Shown here piece by piece: positions 18,316 to 28,163 of a stretch of 64,000 nucleotides of DNA. The notes under the pieces were generated by a model. The model was given only the letters and a program-made list of their open reading frames with translations. It was not told the origin of the DNA and searched no databases. Every line of letters starts with the position of its first letter. Position 1 is the first letter of the stretch. The position numbers and the translations under genes are program-made. The stretch spans positions 544,001-608,000 of the forward strand of contig CAVYGB010000008.1 in the NCBI GenBank assembly GCA_963767925.1, read 5' to 3'. This DNA is from an uncultured delta proteobacterium (GTDB lineage Bacteria; Myxococcota_A; Polyangia; Fen-1088).

Positions 18316-19722
18316 TCAGCGCAGCTTCAACAGGCTGTCGAGCATGCCGTCGGCGGTGGTGATCACCTTCATCACCGCCTCGAACGCCCGCTGGGCCTTG
18401 GTCAGGTTGATCAGCTCCTCGTCGATCGAGACCCCGGAGGCGGACTCGCGCAGGTCGACGAGGTGGTCCAGGATCCCCCCGTCCTGCTCGGAGATGGAGC
18501 GGGCCCGCGCGGCCTGGGCCCCGAAGTCGGTGGTGATCCGGCCCAGCGTCTGGCCGGCGTCGAGCCCGTTGGACAGGGCCAGCCGCTCGGTCGCCACCAG
18601 GGCGTGCAGGTTGGTGGCGTCGCCCGAGGGGGCGGTGGCGCTGGCCGCGGCTGCCAGGCGGCGGGGATCGGCCAGCAGGGCGGCGTCGACCCCGAGCTGC
18701 CGGGCCGCGCCCGCCACCTGGGCGGGGGCGGCGAAGAAGTCCTGGCCGCTGCCCCCGTCGAGGTCGAAGCCGGCCCGGTGGGTGGTGTTGACCGCGCCGG
18801 CCAGATCGAAGGCGAGCTGGTCCAGCCCGCTGGCGGCGACGGCGAGCGCCCCGTCGCGCGCGTCGAGCAGGCCCCCGGTGGCGCCGGCGAAGAGGTTGCC
18901 CGGCAGGGTCGTCGGCCCGCTGCCGTCGGGGGGGCGGATGGCGATGGCGGCCCGGCCGTTGCTGGCCGGATCGGGCACGAGGGAGAGGGAGGCGGCCCGA
19001 TCGCCGCTCACCAGCGCCGTGCCGTTGCCGAGGGCCACCCCGAGGTCGCCCTGGGCGTTGGGGACCGGCGTGGCCCCGGTCAGCTCCGCCAGCTTGTCGA
19101 GGTGGCGGTTCCGCGTGTCGAGCAGGTCGTTGGGCTCGGCGCCGCCGGCCCGGGACTGGCGGATCTCCCGGTTCAGGCGGGCCACCGCCGCGGCGGCGTT
19201 GTTGACCTCGCTGACGATGCCGCCGAGCTTGGCGTCCACTCCGCTGCGGGCCTCGTCGATCGACTGGGCCGCCCGGGCGAAGGACAGCCCCAGGGCTCGC
19301 CCCGCCGACACCGAGGCCAGCCGCAGCCCGGTGTCGCCCGGGTTCTGCGAGAGCGTGCGGAGGGAGGTATAGAAGGTGCCGAGGGCCGATCCCAGCCCCT
19401 CCTCGGCGCCCGGGTTGAGGGCGGCGATGGAGGCCAGCACCTCGGCCTCCGCCGAGGAGCGGGCCTGGGCCGAGAAGGCGGCCGGCATCTGCCGCTCGAG
19501 GAAGCGGTCGCGCGACTGGCTGATTGTGGCGAGCACCACGCCCCGGCCGAGCTGGCCGTTGCCGAGGTCCTGGGCGGGGATCACCGCCTCGAGCTCGGCC
19601 CGTTGCCGGGCGTAGCCCGGGGTGTTGGCGTTTTGCAGGTTGTGGCTGGCGGTGGCGGCCGCCGCCCGGTGGGCGGACAGGCTGGCGCTGCCGTGGTTCA
19701 GGATGGCGAGCAAGTCAGGCAT
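18316..19722 (-). CDS. flgK: Hook-associated protein 1 FlgK
   Basis: SHNLQNANTPGYARQ, NDLLDTR, SGVSIDEELINL..QRAFEA motifs. Confidence 0.93.
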   Translation of the reverse strand: MPDLLAILNHGSASLSAHRAAAATASHNLQNANTPGYARQRAELEAVIPAQDLGNGQLGRGVVLATISQSRDRFLERQMPAAFSAQARSSAEAEVLASIAALNPGAEEGLGSALGTFYTSLRTLSQNPGDTGLRLASVSAGRALGLSFARAAQSIDEARSGVDAKLGGIVSEVNNAAAAVARLNREIRQSRAGGAEPNDLLDTRNRHLDKLAELTGATPVPNAQGDLGVALGNGTALVSGDRAASLSLVPDPASNGRAAIAIRPPDGSGPTTLPGNLFAGATGGLLDARDGALAVAASGLDQLAFDLAGAVNTTHRAGFDLDGGSGQDFFAAPAQVAGAARQLGVDAALLADPRRLAAAASATAPSGDATNLHALVATERLALSNGLDAGQTLGRITTDFGAQAARARSISEQDGGILDHLVDLRESASGVSIDEELINLTKAQRAFEAVMKVITTADGMLDSLLKLR

Positions 19723-19724
19723 GG

Positions 19725-20204
19725 CTATAAAGTCCGGCTGGCGGTTCGTAGCGGGTTGTCGGCGATCATCTGGCCGCGGCGGTCATAGGCGCTGGCGGCG
19801 CTGGCGTCGGGGCGAAGCGAGCGAAGCCAGGAGAGCGCGCGCGCTCCGGAGGCCCGCACGCCGGCGTCGATGGCGCGCAGCTCGGAGGCGCGCACGCGGA
19901 TGGCGGTCAGCTCGGCCTCGAGGTGGGTGGCGGCCTGGGGGGCGAGGGCGAAGAGGCGGGGCAGGGTGACCTCCTGCCAGCCGCGCTTGCGTTGCAGCTC
20001 GCGCAGGGCGCCGGCCAGCTCGCGGGTCATCCGTTCGAGGCTGGCGTGGATCTCGTCGCGGCGGGCGGCCGAGCGGAGCAGCGGCTCGCTGTCCAGGCTG
20101 GCCATCGCTCTGGGCAGTCCTCGGCCCAGCTCGATGGCCTCATCGAGCGCCTGTCGGATCGCGCGGGCCGATCCGCAGGCTTGTTCGATCTCTTCCACGC
20201 TCAA
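19725..20204 (-). CDS. flgN: FlgN-like export chaperone
   Basis: Helical ORF between flgM and flgK ending ..AYDRRG..; start TTG 20204 (overlapping the flgM stop) or GTG 20198. Confidence 0.6.
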   Translation of the reverse strand: MSVEEIEQACGSARAIRQALDEAIELGRGLPRAMASLDSEPLLRSAARRDEIHASLERMTRELAGALRELQRKRGWQEVTLPRLFALAPQAATHLEAELTAIRVRASELRAIDAGVRASGARALSWLRSLRPDASAASAYDRRGQMIADNPLRTASRTL

Positions 20205-20506
20205 CCTCGCAGCAGCGCCAGCAGGCGGGCTTCGATCTCGGCGCTGGACAGCAGCCGTTCGGCGAGCTGACCGGCGTCGGGCCGATAGTGGCCCCCGCTG
20301 ATGGAAGCGGCGAGCTGTTGCAGCCGCCCCGAGCGCGTCACGTCGGATCTGAGCTTGGCCGCATCGAGCTGCTCGGCCACCTGCCGGCCTTCGATGGTGA
20401 CCCGGTCCGTCGTGCTGTCGAGCGGCTGAGCTTGCGTCGGAGCTTCCGCGCGCGCTCCGTGGGGCTTCTCTGGCCCGTGCAGTTCTCCAGTGGGTGCTAC
20501 CTTCAT
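20201..20506 (-). CDS. flgM: Anti-sigma28 factor FlgM
   Basis: DRVTI..., RLQQLAASISGGHYRPDAGQLAERLL (FlgM C-terminal motif). Confidence 0.85.
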   Translation of the reverse strand: MKVAPTGELHGPEKPHGARAEAPTQAQPLDSTTDRVTIEGRQVAEQLDAAKLRSDVTRSGRLQQLAASISGGHYRPDAGQLAERLLSSAEIEARLLALLRG

Positions 20507-20928
20507 GGCAACTTCGAAACCTGTTTGGGGCTTCCCTCCAACGACTCTTCGGCACCGATCCGGTAACTGTTAAGGGCGCGCTGTGGATCGGCCGATTTGC
20601 CGCCGATCACTCCCGCCTGGTTCTCCCGATCGAAGACGGGGTCAGCAAACATGGGTGGAGGTAGCTCCACCTCCGACAGGGCCGCCTCGAGGTCGGCGCT
20701 CGGCAAGAGGGCGTCCTTTTCCCCCAGACTCTCCTCGATCATCCGGGCGATCCCCAGCCCGCCGCCCTTGCTGACCGCGTCGGCCAGGGCCTCGACGAAC
20801 ATCCCTGTCTGCAGGTGGCTACCCGCGCTTGTCGAGCCCTTGAAGGCCTGGCTCGACTCGAGGAGCTGCTTGACCAGCGTGGCCTCCAGCGCCCGCGCCG
20901 CCTCTCCCAGATCGCGCACCCGATCCAT
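20503..20928 (-). CDS. flgJ: FlgJ rod-binding domain only (no muramidase domain)
   Basis: AARALEATLVKQLL...MFVEALADAVSKGGGLGIARMI; follows flgI. Confidence 0.75.
   Translation of the reverse strand: MDRVRDLGEAARALEATLVKQLLESSQAFKGSTSAGSHLQTGMFVEALADAVSKGGGLGIARMIEESLGEKDALLPSADLEAALSEVELPPPMFADPVFDRENQAGVIGGKSADPQRALNSYRIGAEESLEGSPKQVSKLP
20546..20572 (-). promoter_or_regulatory. Putative internal sigma28 promoter for flgM-flgN-flgK-flgL
   Basis: Minus strand TAAC-N15-GCCGAAGA about 40 nt upstream of flgM, inside the 3' end of flgJ; same CTTAAC -35 as the fliC promoter. Confidence 0.7.
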
Positions 20929-22037
20929 CACAGCACCTCCAGCTCGGCGTCGATCGCGCCCGCTGCTTTCATGGCCTGGAGGATGGCGACCAGGTCGCGG
21001 GCTCCCACCCCCAGGAGATTCAGGGCCTTGACCAGCTCGTCGATCGTGCTGGTGGCCGGCAATCCCACCACCGGCTTCTCGGTCTCGCGCACCTCGACGT
21101 TGGTCTGCCGGCCCGCGACGGTCTGCCCCTGGCTCATGGGGGCCGGCTGGGCCACGAAGGGGGACTGGGTGATGGCGATGGCCAGGCCACCGTGCGCCAC
21201 CGCCACCGGGCGGATGCGCACCCCCTGACCCGCCACGACCGTCCCGGTGCGTTCGCTTACCACCAGGCGGGCGCGCTGGTCGGCCTCCACCTCCAGCCCC
21301 TCGATCTCGGCCATCAGCAGGGCGACCTTGCCGGTAAATGAGCTCGGCACCCGGATCTCGACCCCCGCCGGATCGAGGGCCTTGGCCGCGTCCTCCCCGA
21401 GCTGCTTGTTGATGGCGGTGGCGATGCGGGTGGAGGTGGTGAAGTCGGGACGGCGCAGCCCCAGCAGCAGCGGCTTGCCCTCGAGGTTGGGCGTCACCGC
21501 CCGCTCGATGACGCCGCCGCTCGGCACGTTGCCCGAGGTGGGCTGGTTCTTCTGCACCCGTGACCCGGAGTCGGACAGCTCGTACCCTCCGGTCTGCACC
21601 GAGCCCTGCGCCAGGACGTAGACCGCCCCGTCGGGACCGGTGAGGGGGGTGATGAGGAGCTGCCCCCCGGCCAGCGACCGGGCGTTGCCCAGCGAGCTGA
21701 CGTTGACGTCGATGCGCGATCCCGGTCGGGAGAAGGCGGGCAGGCGGGCGGTCACCATGACCGCCGCGACGTTGCGCACGCGCACGTCGCGGGGATCGAT
21801 GCGGATGCCCAGGCGCCCCAGCATGCCGGCGATCGACTGGGAGGTGAAGAAGACCCGCTCGCTGTCGCCGCTGCCGGCCAGGCCCACCACCAGGCCGTAC
21901 CCGTAGAGGGCGTTGTCCCGCACCCCCTGCACATCGACGAGCTCCTTGATCCGGGAGGGCGCCGCCTGCCCGGGCGGGGGGGCTACCCCCAGCGTCAGGA
22001 CCAGCAGCAGCGCGCTGAACAGCCGTCGGCTTCGCAT
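20928..22037 (-). CDS. flgI: P-ring protein FlgI
   Basis: RIKELVDVQGVRDNAL.GYGLVVGL.GSGD, NVAAVMVTA, ERTGTVV, LQAMKAAGAIDAEL. Confidence 0.95.
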   Translation of the reverse strand: MRSRRLFSALLLVLTLGVAPPPGQAAPSRIKELVDVQGVRDNALYGYGLVVGLAGSGDSERVFFTSQSIAGMLGRLGIRIDPRDVRVRNVAAVMVTARLPAFSRPGSRIDVNVSSLGNARSLAGGQLLITPLTGPDGAVYVLAQGSVQTGGYELSDSGSRVQKNQPTSGNVPSGGVIERAVTPNLEGKPLLLGLRRPDFTTSTRIATAINKQLGEDAAKALDPAGVEIRVPSSFTGKVALLMAEIEGLEVEADQRARLVVSERTGTVVAGQGVRIRPVAVAHGGLAIAITQSPFVAQPAPMSQGQTVAGRQTNVEVRETEKPVVGLPATSTIDELVKALNLLGVGARDLVAILQAMKAAGAIDAELEVL

Positions 22038-22753
22038 CAGAATGGCCAGATCCAGCCCAGGAAGCGGGACAGCCAGCCCTGCCGCTGGTTGTCGGTGAGG
22101 ACGCCGCGGCCGACGAACTCGATCTCGGCGTCGGCGACCATGGCGCTCTTGACGCTGTTCTCCTGGTCGATGTCGATGGGGCGCACGACGCCCGAGATGT
22201 AAAAGTGCTGCTCCTCGGCGTTGACCAGGATGACCCGGTGGCCCTCGACGAACAGGTTGCCGTTGGGCAGCACCTTGCGCACGACCGCCGGGACGGTGGC
22301 CGACAGGTATTCGCTGCGCCCGGTCTTGCCCTCCCCCTTGAAGCTGGTGGTCGAGTTGCCGGCCATGGTGAGCCCCGGATCGGCCCCCCCGCCTCCGGCT
22401 CGCAGGCTGGCCATCAGCCCCAGAAAGGCGGTTATGTCGGCGGCGCTCCGCGAGGTCCGATCGATGTCGGTGTTGGCGCTGCGGCGGGCGTCCGCCACCT
22501 CCTCGATCTTTATCACCACCAGGTCATTGACCCGCAGGGCCCGGGCGTCGGTGAACAGCATCGAGGCCGGGCGCCCCTCGTGCCACAAGCTGCCCGGCGA
22601 CATGGCCTCGCTGCGGCTCTGGCCCGAGTCCGGGATGTTGTATTCCCGGCGCTTGGGCGTGTAGTTCTGCACGTGGGCCGGCGCGCAGGCCGCCAGGGCC
22701 AGCGCCACCCCCCCGGCCAGCAGCAGGCTCGTCCGTAGTTGCGATCGGTTCAT
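22037..22753 (-). CDS. flgH: L-ring lipoprotein FlgH
   Basis: Lipobox LAAC, GSLW, LFTDARA, LPNGNL, SGVVRPIDI, GWLSRFLGWIWPF. Confidence 0.93.
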   Translation of the reverse strand: MNRSQLRTSLLLAGGVALALAACAPAHVQNYTPKRREYNIPDSGQSRSEAMSPGSLWHEGRPASMLFTDARALRVNDLVVIKIEEVADARRSANTDIDRTSRSAADITAFLGLMASLRAGGGGADPGLTMAGNSTTSFKGEGKTGRSEYLSATVPAVVRKVLPNGNLFVEGHRVILVNAEEQHFYISGVVRPIDIDQENSVKSAMVADAEIEFVGRGVLTDNQRQGWLSRFLGWIWPF

Positions 22754-23385
22754 CAAGGCGCCTCCACCACGAGGTGTCCGTCGGCGAGCTGGCCGCTGAC
22801 GTGTTTCCCGGAGGGCATCACGGCGCAGGTGCGGCCGCCGCCGCAGGCGACCAGGCGGCCCGTCTGCACCACCTGCAACGCGCCGGCGCGCACGAGGACC
22901 TTGATGGCGCCGCCGCTGGCCGCGCCCGCGGCCTGCAGGTGGCTCACCTCGACCATCTGACCCCGGGAGAGGCGGCGCGACGCCCGCGCACCCGGGATCA
23001 GGCGGGCCGGCGCCCGCGCGCGCCGGACCTCGGTCTCGGTGGCGATCACCGCGCCCGCCAGCTCCTCGCCCGGAGCGACCGCCCGGGTCGTCACCGGCAC
23101 GGCGGCCCAGACCTCGATCCGGGCCCAGGCCCAGGCCGGGCAGCCGGGGCCCCGCAGGCGGACCGGGTAGCGGCCGGACCCGTCGATGATTCCGTCGACG
23201 CTCGCCTCGCGGGGTCGGCAGGCCGGCGCCCGCGGCATCTGGAACGCGCGCACGATGACCCTGCCGCCTTCCACCGCCAGCGCGGATAGCAGCGCCTCGG
23301 AGACCGGCGCCGGCACCGCGACCGAGGCCTCTGCCGAGGCGGAGGCCCCCATCACCTGAAGGAGCAAGAGGGCAGGGAGGGTCAT
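22753..23385 (-). CDS. flgA: P-ring assembly chaperone FlgA
   Basis: Signal peptide, SAF-like region, position between flgG and flgH. Confidence 0.7.
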   Translation of the reverse strand: MTLPALLLLQVMGASASAEASVAVPAPVSEALLSALAVEGGRVIVRAFQMPRAPACRPREASVDGIIDGSGRYPVRLRGPGCPAWAWARIEVWAAVPVTTRAVAPGEELAGAVIATETEVRRARAPARLIPGARASRRLSRGQMVEVSHLQAAGAASGGAIKVLVRAGALQVVQTGRLVACGGGRTCAVMPSGKHVSGQLADGHLVVEAP

Positions 23386-23395
23386 GGCGTCGTGA

Positions 23396-24181
23396 TCAGC
23401 GCAGGGAGGTCAGCCGCTGCAGCATCTGGTCGGCGGTCTGGATGACCTTCGAGTTCATCTCGTAGGTCCGCTGGGTGGTGATCATGTCGATCATCTCCTC
23501 GACCGCCTTGACGTTGGCCCCCTCGAGGTAGCCCTGCAAGATGGTGCCGGTGGCCATCTCGCCCGGCCGCACCGTCTGGGCCTGGCCGCTGGCGGCGCTC
23601 TCGATGAACAGGTTGCCGCCGACGCTCTCGAGCCCGCTCGGGTTGGGGAAGATGGCCAGCGAGAGGGCCCCCAGCTCGACCTCCCCGTCGTTGCCGGGCA
23701 TGCGGGCCAGGACCCGTCCGTCGGGGTGGATGGTGATGCCGGTGGCCTCGGGCGGGATCGAGATGGGGGGATCGAGCAGCTCACCCTGCTGGGTCGTGAG
23801 GCGTCCGGCGGCGTCGACCCGGAAGTTCCCCGCCCGGGTGAAGGCCGGCTCGCCGTTGGCCCGCTGGATGCGGAAGAACCCCATCCCCTCGATGGCCAGA
23901 TCGAGCGGGTTCTGGGTCCCGATCATGTCGCCCTGGGAGAGCCCGCGGGTGGTGCTCACGGTGCGCACGCCCAGGCCCACCTGCAGGGCGGAGGGCGGCG
24001 ATCCCCCCTCGGGTGAGGGCGGCCCCGCCGAGCGGATGGTCTCGGACAGCAGATCCTGGAACTCGGCCCGGCTCTTCTTGAAGCCGGTGGTCGAGGCGTT
24101 GGCGAGGTTGTGGGCGATGACGTCCATCTTGACCTCTTGCGCCTCCATCCCGGTCGCGGCGGTGTAGAGCGATCGCAGCAT
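23396..24181 (-). CDS. flgG: Distal rod protein FlgG
   Basis: MLRSLYTAATGM, NLANASTTGFK, DLAIEG.GFF, TRAGNF, LEGANV, QRTYEMNSK. Confidence 0.95.
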   Translation of the reverse strand: MLRSLYTAATGMEAQEVKMDVIAHNLANASTTGFKKSRAEFQDLLSETIRSAGPPSPEGGSPPSALQVGLGVRTVSTTRGLSQGDMIGTQNPLDLAIEGMGFFRIQRANGEPAFTRAGNFRVDAAGRLTTQQGELLDPPISIPPEATGITIHPDGRVLARMPGNDGEVELGALSLAIFPNPSGLESVGGNLFIESAASGQAQTVRPGEMATGTILQGYLEGANVKAVEEMIDMITTQRTYEMNSKVIQTADQMLQRLTSLR

Positions 24182-24217
24182 GATGTGTCTCCTTCTCTCT
24201 GGGCGTTCGTTCGAGCG

Positions 24218-24928
24218 TTAGCGGATCTTGCCGACTTCGATCGCGCGTTCGTCGACCTTGCGGTAGGTGGCGATGGCCTGCATGGCGGTGTCGAAGTGGC
24301 GCTGGGCGCCGATCATCTGGATGGTGGCCTCGAGGGGCGGGGCATTCCCCAGCTCGAGCTCGCCGACCCGCACCTGGCCCTCCTCGTCGTCGACCGCGCT
24401 GCCGTCGGGGCTGAGGATCAACAGGCTGTCGCCCGAGCGGGACAACGTCCCCTCGAGCCGGTACATGCCCAGACGCCCGAGGTGGGTGCCGTCGGCCACC
24501 ACCTCGCCGTCCTCCATCACCTCGGGCACCGCTCCCGGCGGCACGCTGATGGGGCTGCCCTGGGAATCGAGCACCTGGTTGCCGGCGATCAGCAGATCGC
24601 CGTCGGCGGAGATCTCGAGGTGGCCGTTGCGGGTGTAGGCCCGCGTGCCGTCGGACGTCGCGACCGCCAGGAACCTGTCTTCGTCGGGAATGACGTCGAG
24701 CGGTCGCTCCGTCGCAAGCGTGACGCCGGGGCGGAGGTCGACGCCGGTCTCGACAACCCCTGCCAGGATCGTGTCGCGTCCGCCGCCGGGGAGCCCAAAG
24801 GCCTGAAAAGCCGGGCGCGAGGCCCGAAAACCGGGCGTCTGGGCGTTGGCCAGGTTGTCTGCCACCGCGTCGAGCTGGGCGGCCCGGGCCGCCGCCGCAG
24901 ACATTGCTACGTAGATTCCGTCAGCCAT
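24218..24928 (-). CDS. flgF: Proximal rod protein FlgF
   Basis: MADGIYVAMS, DNLANAQTPGF, YTRNG, QRHFD; ATG at 24928, upstream of flgG. Confidence 0.85.
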   Translation of the reverse strand: MADGIYVAMSAAAARAAQLDAVADNLANAQTPGFRASRPAFQAFGLPGGGRDTILAGVVETGVDLRPGVTLATERPLDVIPDEDRFLAVATSDGTRAYTRNGHLEISADGDLLIAGNQVLDSQGSPISVPPGAVPEVMEDGEVVADGTHLGRLGMYRLEGTLSRSGDSLLILSPDGSAVDDEEGQVRVGELELGNAPPLEATIQMIGAQRHFDTAMQAIATYRKVDERAIEVGKIR

Positions 24929-24951
24929 CGTTTCACCTGACGTCCCCCTCG

Positions 24952-24967
24952 AGCAAGGGAGGTGCCA
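24952..24967 (-). promoter_or_regulatory. Sigma54 promoter of the flgF operon
   Basis: Minus strand TGGCACCTCCCTTGCT, an exact match to TGGCAC-N5-TTGCW. Confidence 0.8.
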
Positions 24968-25036
24968 GGGCGGCGCGTCCGGCGAACGCTCTGCTTCATT
25001 CAATTCGCGCCCCCGGGCGGCCGAACACTGAAGGAC

Positions 25037-25453
25037 GTGAAGCCGGTTGTTCGTCTCGATGCGGTCGTGAAGCTGCGGGAGCTCGACGAGGACAAGGCCC
25101 GCCTGGCCCTCGCCGAGGCGCAGCGCCAGGTCCAGACCGCCGAGCAGGACCTCGTCGCCGCGCGCGCCCGGGCCCGCGACGACGAGCGCCACCGGGGCCC
25201 GGCCGCCGAGTGGCAGCTCGCCGAGGCCGCCCACTTCGAAGCCCTGCGCAAGGCCTCCCAGGCCGAGCGGGCGGTCCGGGCCGCGACCGAGAAGCTCACC
25301 CTCACCCGCCGCAGCTACACCACGGCCTACACCCGCGCCGAGGGCATCCGCCGCGTCGCCGAGACCCGCCGGGCCGAGCTGATCGCCGAGGCCAGCGACC
25401 GCCAGGCCAAGCAGCTCGACGAGCTGGGCCTCCTCCTGCACTTCCGCCAGTAG
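25037..25453 (+). CDS. fliJ: Flagellar export chaperone FliJ-like
   Basis: RLDAVVKLRELDEDKA... coiled coil ...QAKQLDE; AAGGA RBS before GTG 25037. Confidence 0.75.
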   Translation: MKPVVRLDAVVKLRELDEDKARLALAEAQRQVQTAEQDLVAARARARDDERHRGPAAEWQLAEAAHFEALRKASQAERAVRAATEKLTLTRRSYTTAYTRAEGIRRVAETRRAELIAEASDRQAKQLDELGLLLHFRQ

Positions 25454-25462
25454 CCCCCGCAA

Positions 25463-26161
25463 TCAGCGCGGCGGGGCGACGCCCATGGCCTCGCGCAGCT
25501 TGACCAGGGCCTCGCTGTGGAGCTGGCAAACCCGGGGCTCGCTGACCCCGAGCAGCCCGCCGATCTCGCTGTAGGTCAACACCTCGATGTAAATCAGGCT
25601 CAGCACCAGCCGCAGCCGCTCCGGGATCCGGTCGATGGCGTCGGCCAGCGTGCGCAGCGCCTCGCGCCGGGCCGCCTCGTCGTCGACGTCGCTGTCGTTC
25701 GGCAGCAGGGAGATCACGCTCTCCAGCGGCACCGCCGGCTCGAGGAGCCCCTCCATCTCGGAGACCGCCTCCAGGCTGAGCTTCATCTCCTCGGCGATCT
25801 CCTCGGTGGTGGGGTCCCGCCCCAGCGCCGCCCCGAGCTTGTGCCGGGCCTTCTTCAGATCGTCGGTGCGCGAGCGCAGCCGGCGCGGCAGGTGGTCGAG
25901 CCGCCGGAGCTCGTCGAGCATGGCCCCTCGCACCCGGTGCTCGACGAAGGTCTCGAAGGTCACCCCCCGCTCGGCGTCGAACCGGCGGCTGGCCTCCAGG
26001 AGGCCCAGCGCCCCCGCCGACCAGAGGTCGTCGTAGGCGTCGCGCATCCCCGTGCGCAGCACCAGCCAGCGCGCCAGCCGATCGACGATGCTTCCGTGAC
26101 GGACCAGCAGCTCGTTGTCCTCGGCCTGCTGGGCCTGATATCGGGAGAGAGCCCGATGCAT
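25463..26161 (-). CDS. fliA: Flagellar sigma factor FliA (sigma28)
   Basis: DDLWSAGALGLLEA..RFD, RVRGAMLDELRRLD, EIGGLLGVSEPRVCQLH; ATG 26161 (alternative GTG 26194). Confidence 0.92.
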   Translation of the reverse strand: MHRALSRYQAQQAEDNELLVRHGSIVDRLARWLVLRTGMRDAYDDLWSAGALGLLEASRRFDAERGVTFETFVEHRVRGAMLDELRRLDHLPRRLRSRTDDLKKARHKLGAALGRDPTTEEIAEEMKLSLEAVSEMEGLLEPAVPLESVISLLPNDSDVDDEAARREALRTLADAIDRIPERLRLVLSLIYIEVLTYSEIGGLLGVSEPRVCQLHSEALVKLREAMGVAPPR

Positions 26162-26165
26162 GTCC

Positions 26166-27074
26166 TCAGCCAACGGTCGTCGTGGAGGTCTCACGGAGCA
26201 AGCGGGGCCACATGAACTTGAAGCCCGATCCCGGACGGGCTGGCCCGGCCGACTTGAGCAGCTTGTCGGCGATGTGCTGGAGCGCCCGGCTGGCCGGGCA
26301 GAGGGGGAAGCAGTCGACGACCGGCTTTTGCCGCATGATGGCCCGGTGCAGGTTGTCGTCGCGCGGGATGTAGCCCAGGTGGCTCACCTGGGCTTTGAGG
26401 AAGCGGCTGGTGACGGCGGTCAGCCGGGGGAAGATGTCGCGCGCCTGGCGCTCGTCGACAACCGGGTTGATCACGACCTTGAACTGCTGCACGCCGGCCT
26501 GCTGCGAGAGCACCTTCACCACCGCGTAGGCGTCGACAAGGGAGGTCGGCTCGGGGCTCACGACCAGCAGGGCCTCCTGGGCGGCGCCCACGAAGAACAG
26601 GACGTTGTCCCCGATGCCGGCCCCCGAATCGACGAGCACGAGATCGAACAGATCTTCGACCCGGTCGAGGGCGGTGCAAAGGCGCAGCTTTTGCTGCTCG
26701 TCGAGGGCGGTGAGGGACTGGATGCCCGAGCCGGCCGAGAGGATGCGCAGCCCGTGGGGGCCGTCCACCAGCACCTCCTCGATCCCCAGAGTGCCCTCCA
26801 GCAGGGTGCCGATGTGGTGCCGGGGCTTGAGCCCGAACAGGATCTCGACGTTGGCCAGTCCCAGGTCGGCGTCGATGATGAGGACCCGCTTGCCGCTGCG
26901 GGCGGCCAGCACCGCGAGGTTGGCGGTGAGGTTGGTCTTGCCCACCCCGCCCTTGCCGCTGGTCACGGCGATCACCCGTAGCCGCGAGGTGGTGCCGGCC
27001 CGCACCGGCTGGGAGGCAGGGGCGTCGGCGTTGCTGGCCGCTACCCGCTGTCTCAGGCTGTCTGCTTGGTCCAA
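26166..27074 (-). CDS. flhG: MinD-like flagellar number regulator FlhG/FleN
   Basis: DQADSLR N-terminal motif, TSGKGGVGKTN, DADLGLAN, PEPTSLVDAY; TTG start at 27074. Confidence 0.92.
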   Translation of the reverse strand: MDQADSLRQRVAASNADAPASQPVRAGTTSRLRVIAVTSGKGGVGKTNLTANLAVLAARSGKRVLIIDADLGLANVEILFGLKPRHHIGTLLEGTLGIEEVLVDGPHGLRILSAGSGIQSLTALDEQQKLRLCTALDRVEDLFDLVLVDSGAGIGDNVLFFVGAAQEALLVVSPEPTSLVDAYAVVKVLSQQAGVQQFKVVINPVVDERQARDIFPRLTAVTSRFLKAQVSHLGYIPRDDNLHRAIMRQKPVVDCFPLCPASRALQHIADKLLKSAGPARPGSGFKFMWPRLLRETSTTTVG

Positions 27075-28163
27075 GCGGCGGACTCCTTGTTTCGCGGGGG
27101 GCCGGTCACCAGATCGAGCAGGCCCGACTTGTCGACGACGTGCAGGTCGTCGGGGACCCGCTGGCCGTTCGTCACGCAGGAGATTGGGCGGGGGACCGCG
27201 GCCAGCGCCGAGAGCACGCTGCCCGGCCCGTCGGCCTCGTCGAGCTTCGAGAAGATCAGGCGATCGATGCCGTGCTCGCGGTAGCGCCGCCCCGCCGCCC
27301 CGATCTCCCGGGCGCCGGTAGCCGCCGAGAGCACGAGGTGCATCTCCAGGCCGGGCACCGCGCGCAACATGGCCATCTGGTGGGCGATGGTGTCGGGGTC
27401 GGAGCGGCCGGCGCTGTCGATGAGCACGAGGTCCGCCTCCGGCACCCGCTCGGCCGCCGCCACGAGCTGGGCGGGATCCCGCGCCACCCGGGTCGACAGC
27501 CCCATGATCTCCCCGTACTGGCACAGGCGCTCGCTGGCCCCGATGCCGTAGGTGTCGACCGTGATCAGCTCGACCCGCAGCTTCGAGTCGAGCAGAGCCC
27601 GGGCGGCGATCTTGGCGATGGTGGTGGTCTTGCCGACCCCGGTCGGCCCCACCAGGGCGATGGTCCGGCGCTCCCGGCCGACCCAGGGGATCCCCGACGG
27701 GCGCAGGCGTTCGGCCACCAGCGACCGCACCGCCTCGAACAGGACCCCCGGGGGATCGAGGGGGGTGTCGCGTAGGGACTCGCGCACCAGCTCCTCGGCC
27801 AGGCGGCTCTCCACCCCGCGCCGCACGAGCTGGCGACAGATCCAGACCGCCTCGCCGGGGATGACCGGCGGCGGGGGCAGCTTGCTGGCCTCGGGGGCCC
27901 GGGCCCCGCTGCCCAGCTTCGTGCGCAGGTCGTCGACAACCCGGCGCAGCGCCGCGATCTCCCGCTCCACCCCCGAGTTGGCCGGCTGGGGCTCCTCGGC
28001 CATCTCCGGGCGCATGGCGGTGACCTCGATCTCGGTGGCCGCCCCACAGCCCCGTCACCTCCCGGCTGCCCACGATGACCGCGTCGGACCCGAGGGCGGT
28101 CTTGACGGCCTCCAGGGCCGAGCGGGTGTCGTATGCGCGGAATGTCCTCACGTCGTCGCTCAT
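27053..28163 (-). CDS. flhF: SRP-family GTPase FlhF, split by a single frameshift at ~28040
   Basis: The N-terminus MSDDVRTFRAY..ALEAVKTALGSDAVIVGSREV is in one frame; EIEVTA...VGPTGVGKTTTIAK, DTY, DSAGRS, SKLDE, TNGQRVPDDL are in another. The span is 1111 nt (3n+1). Confidence 0.85.

Noticed and set aside
860..28060. Programmed ribosomal frameshifting in the radical SAM gene or flhF
   Set aside because: No slippery heptamer or long homopolymer at the shift sites; sequencing indels are the simpler explanation.
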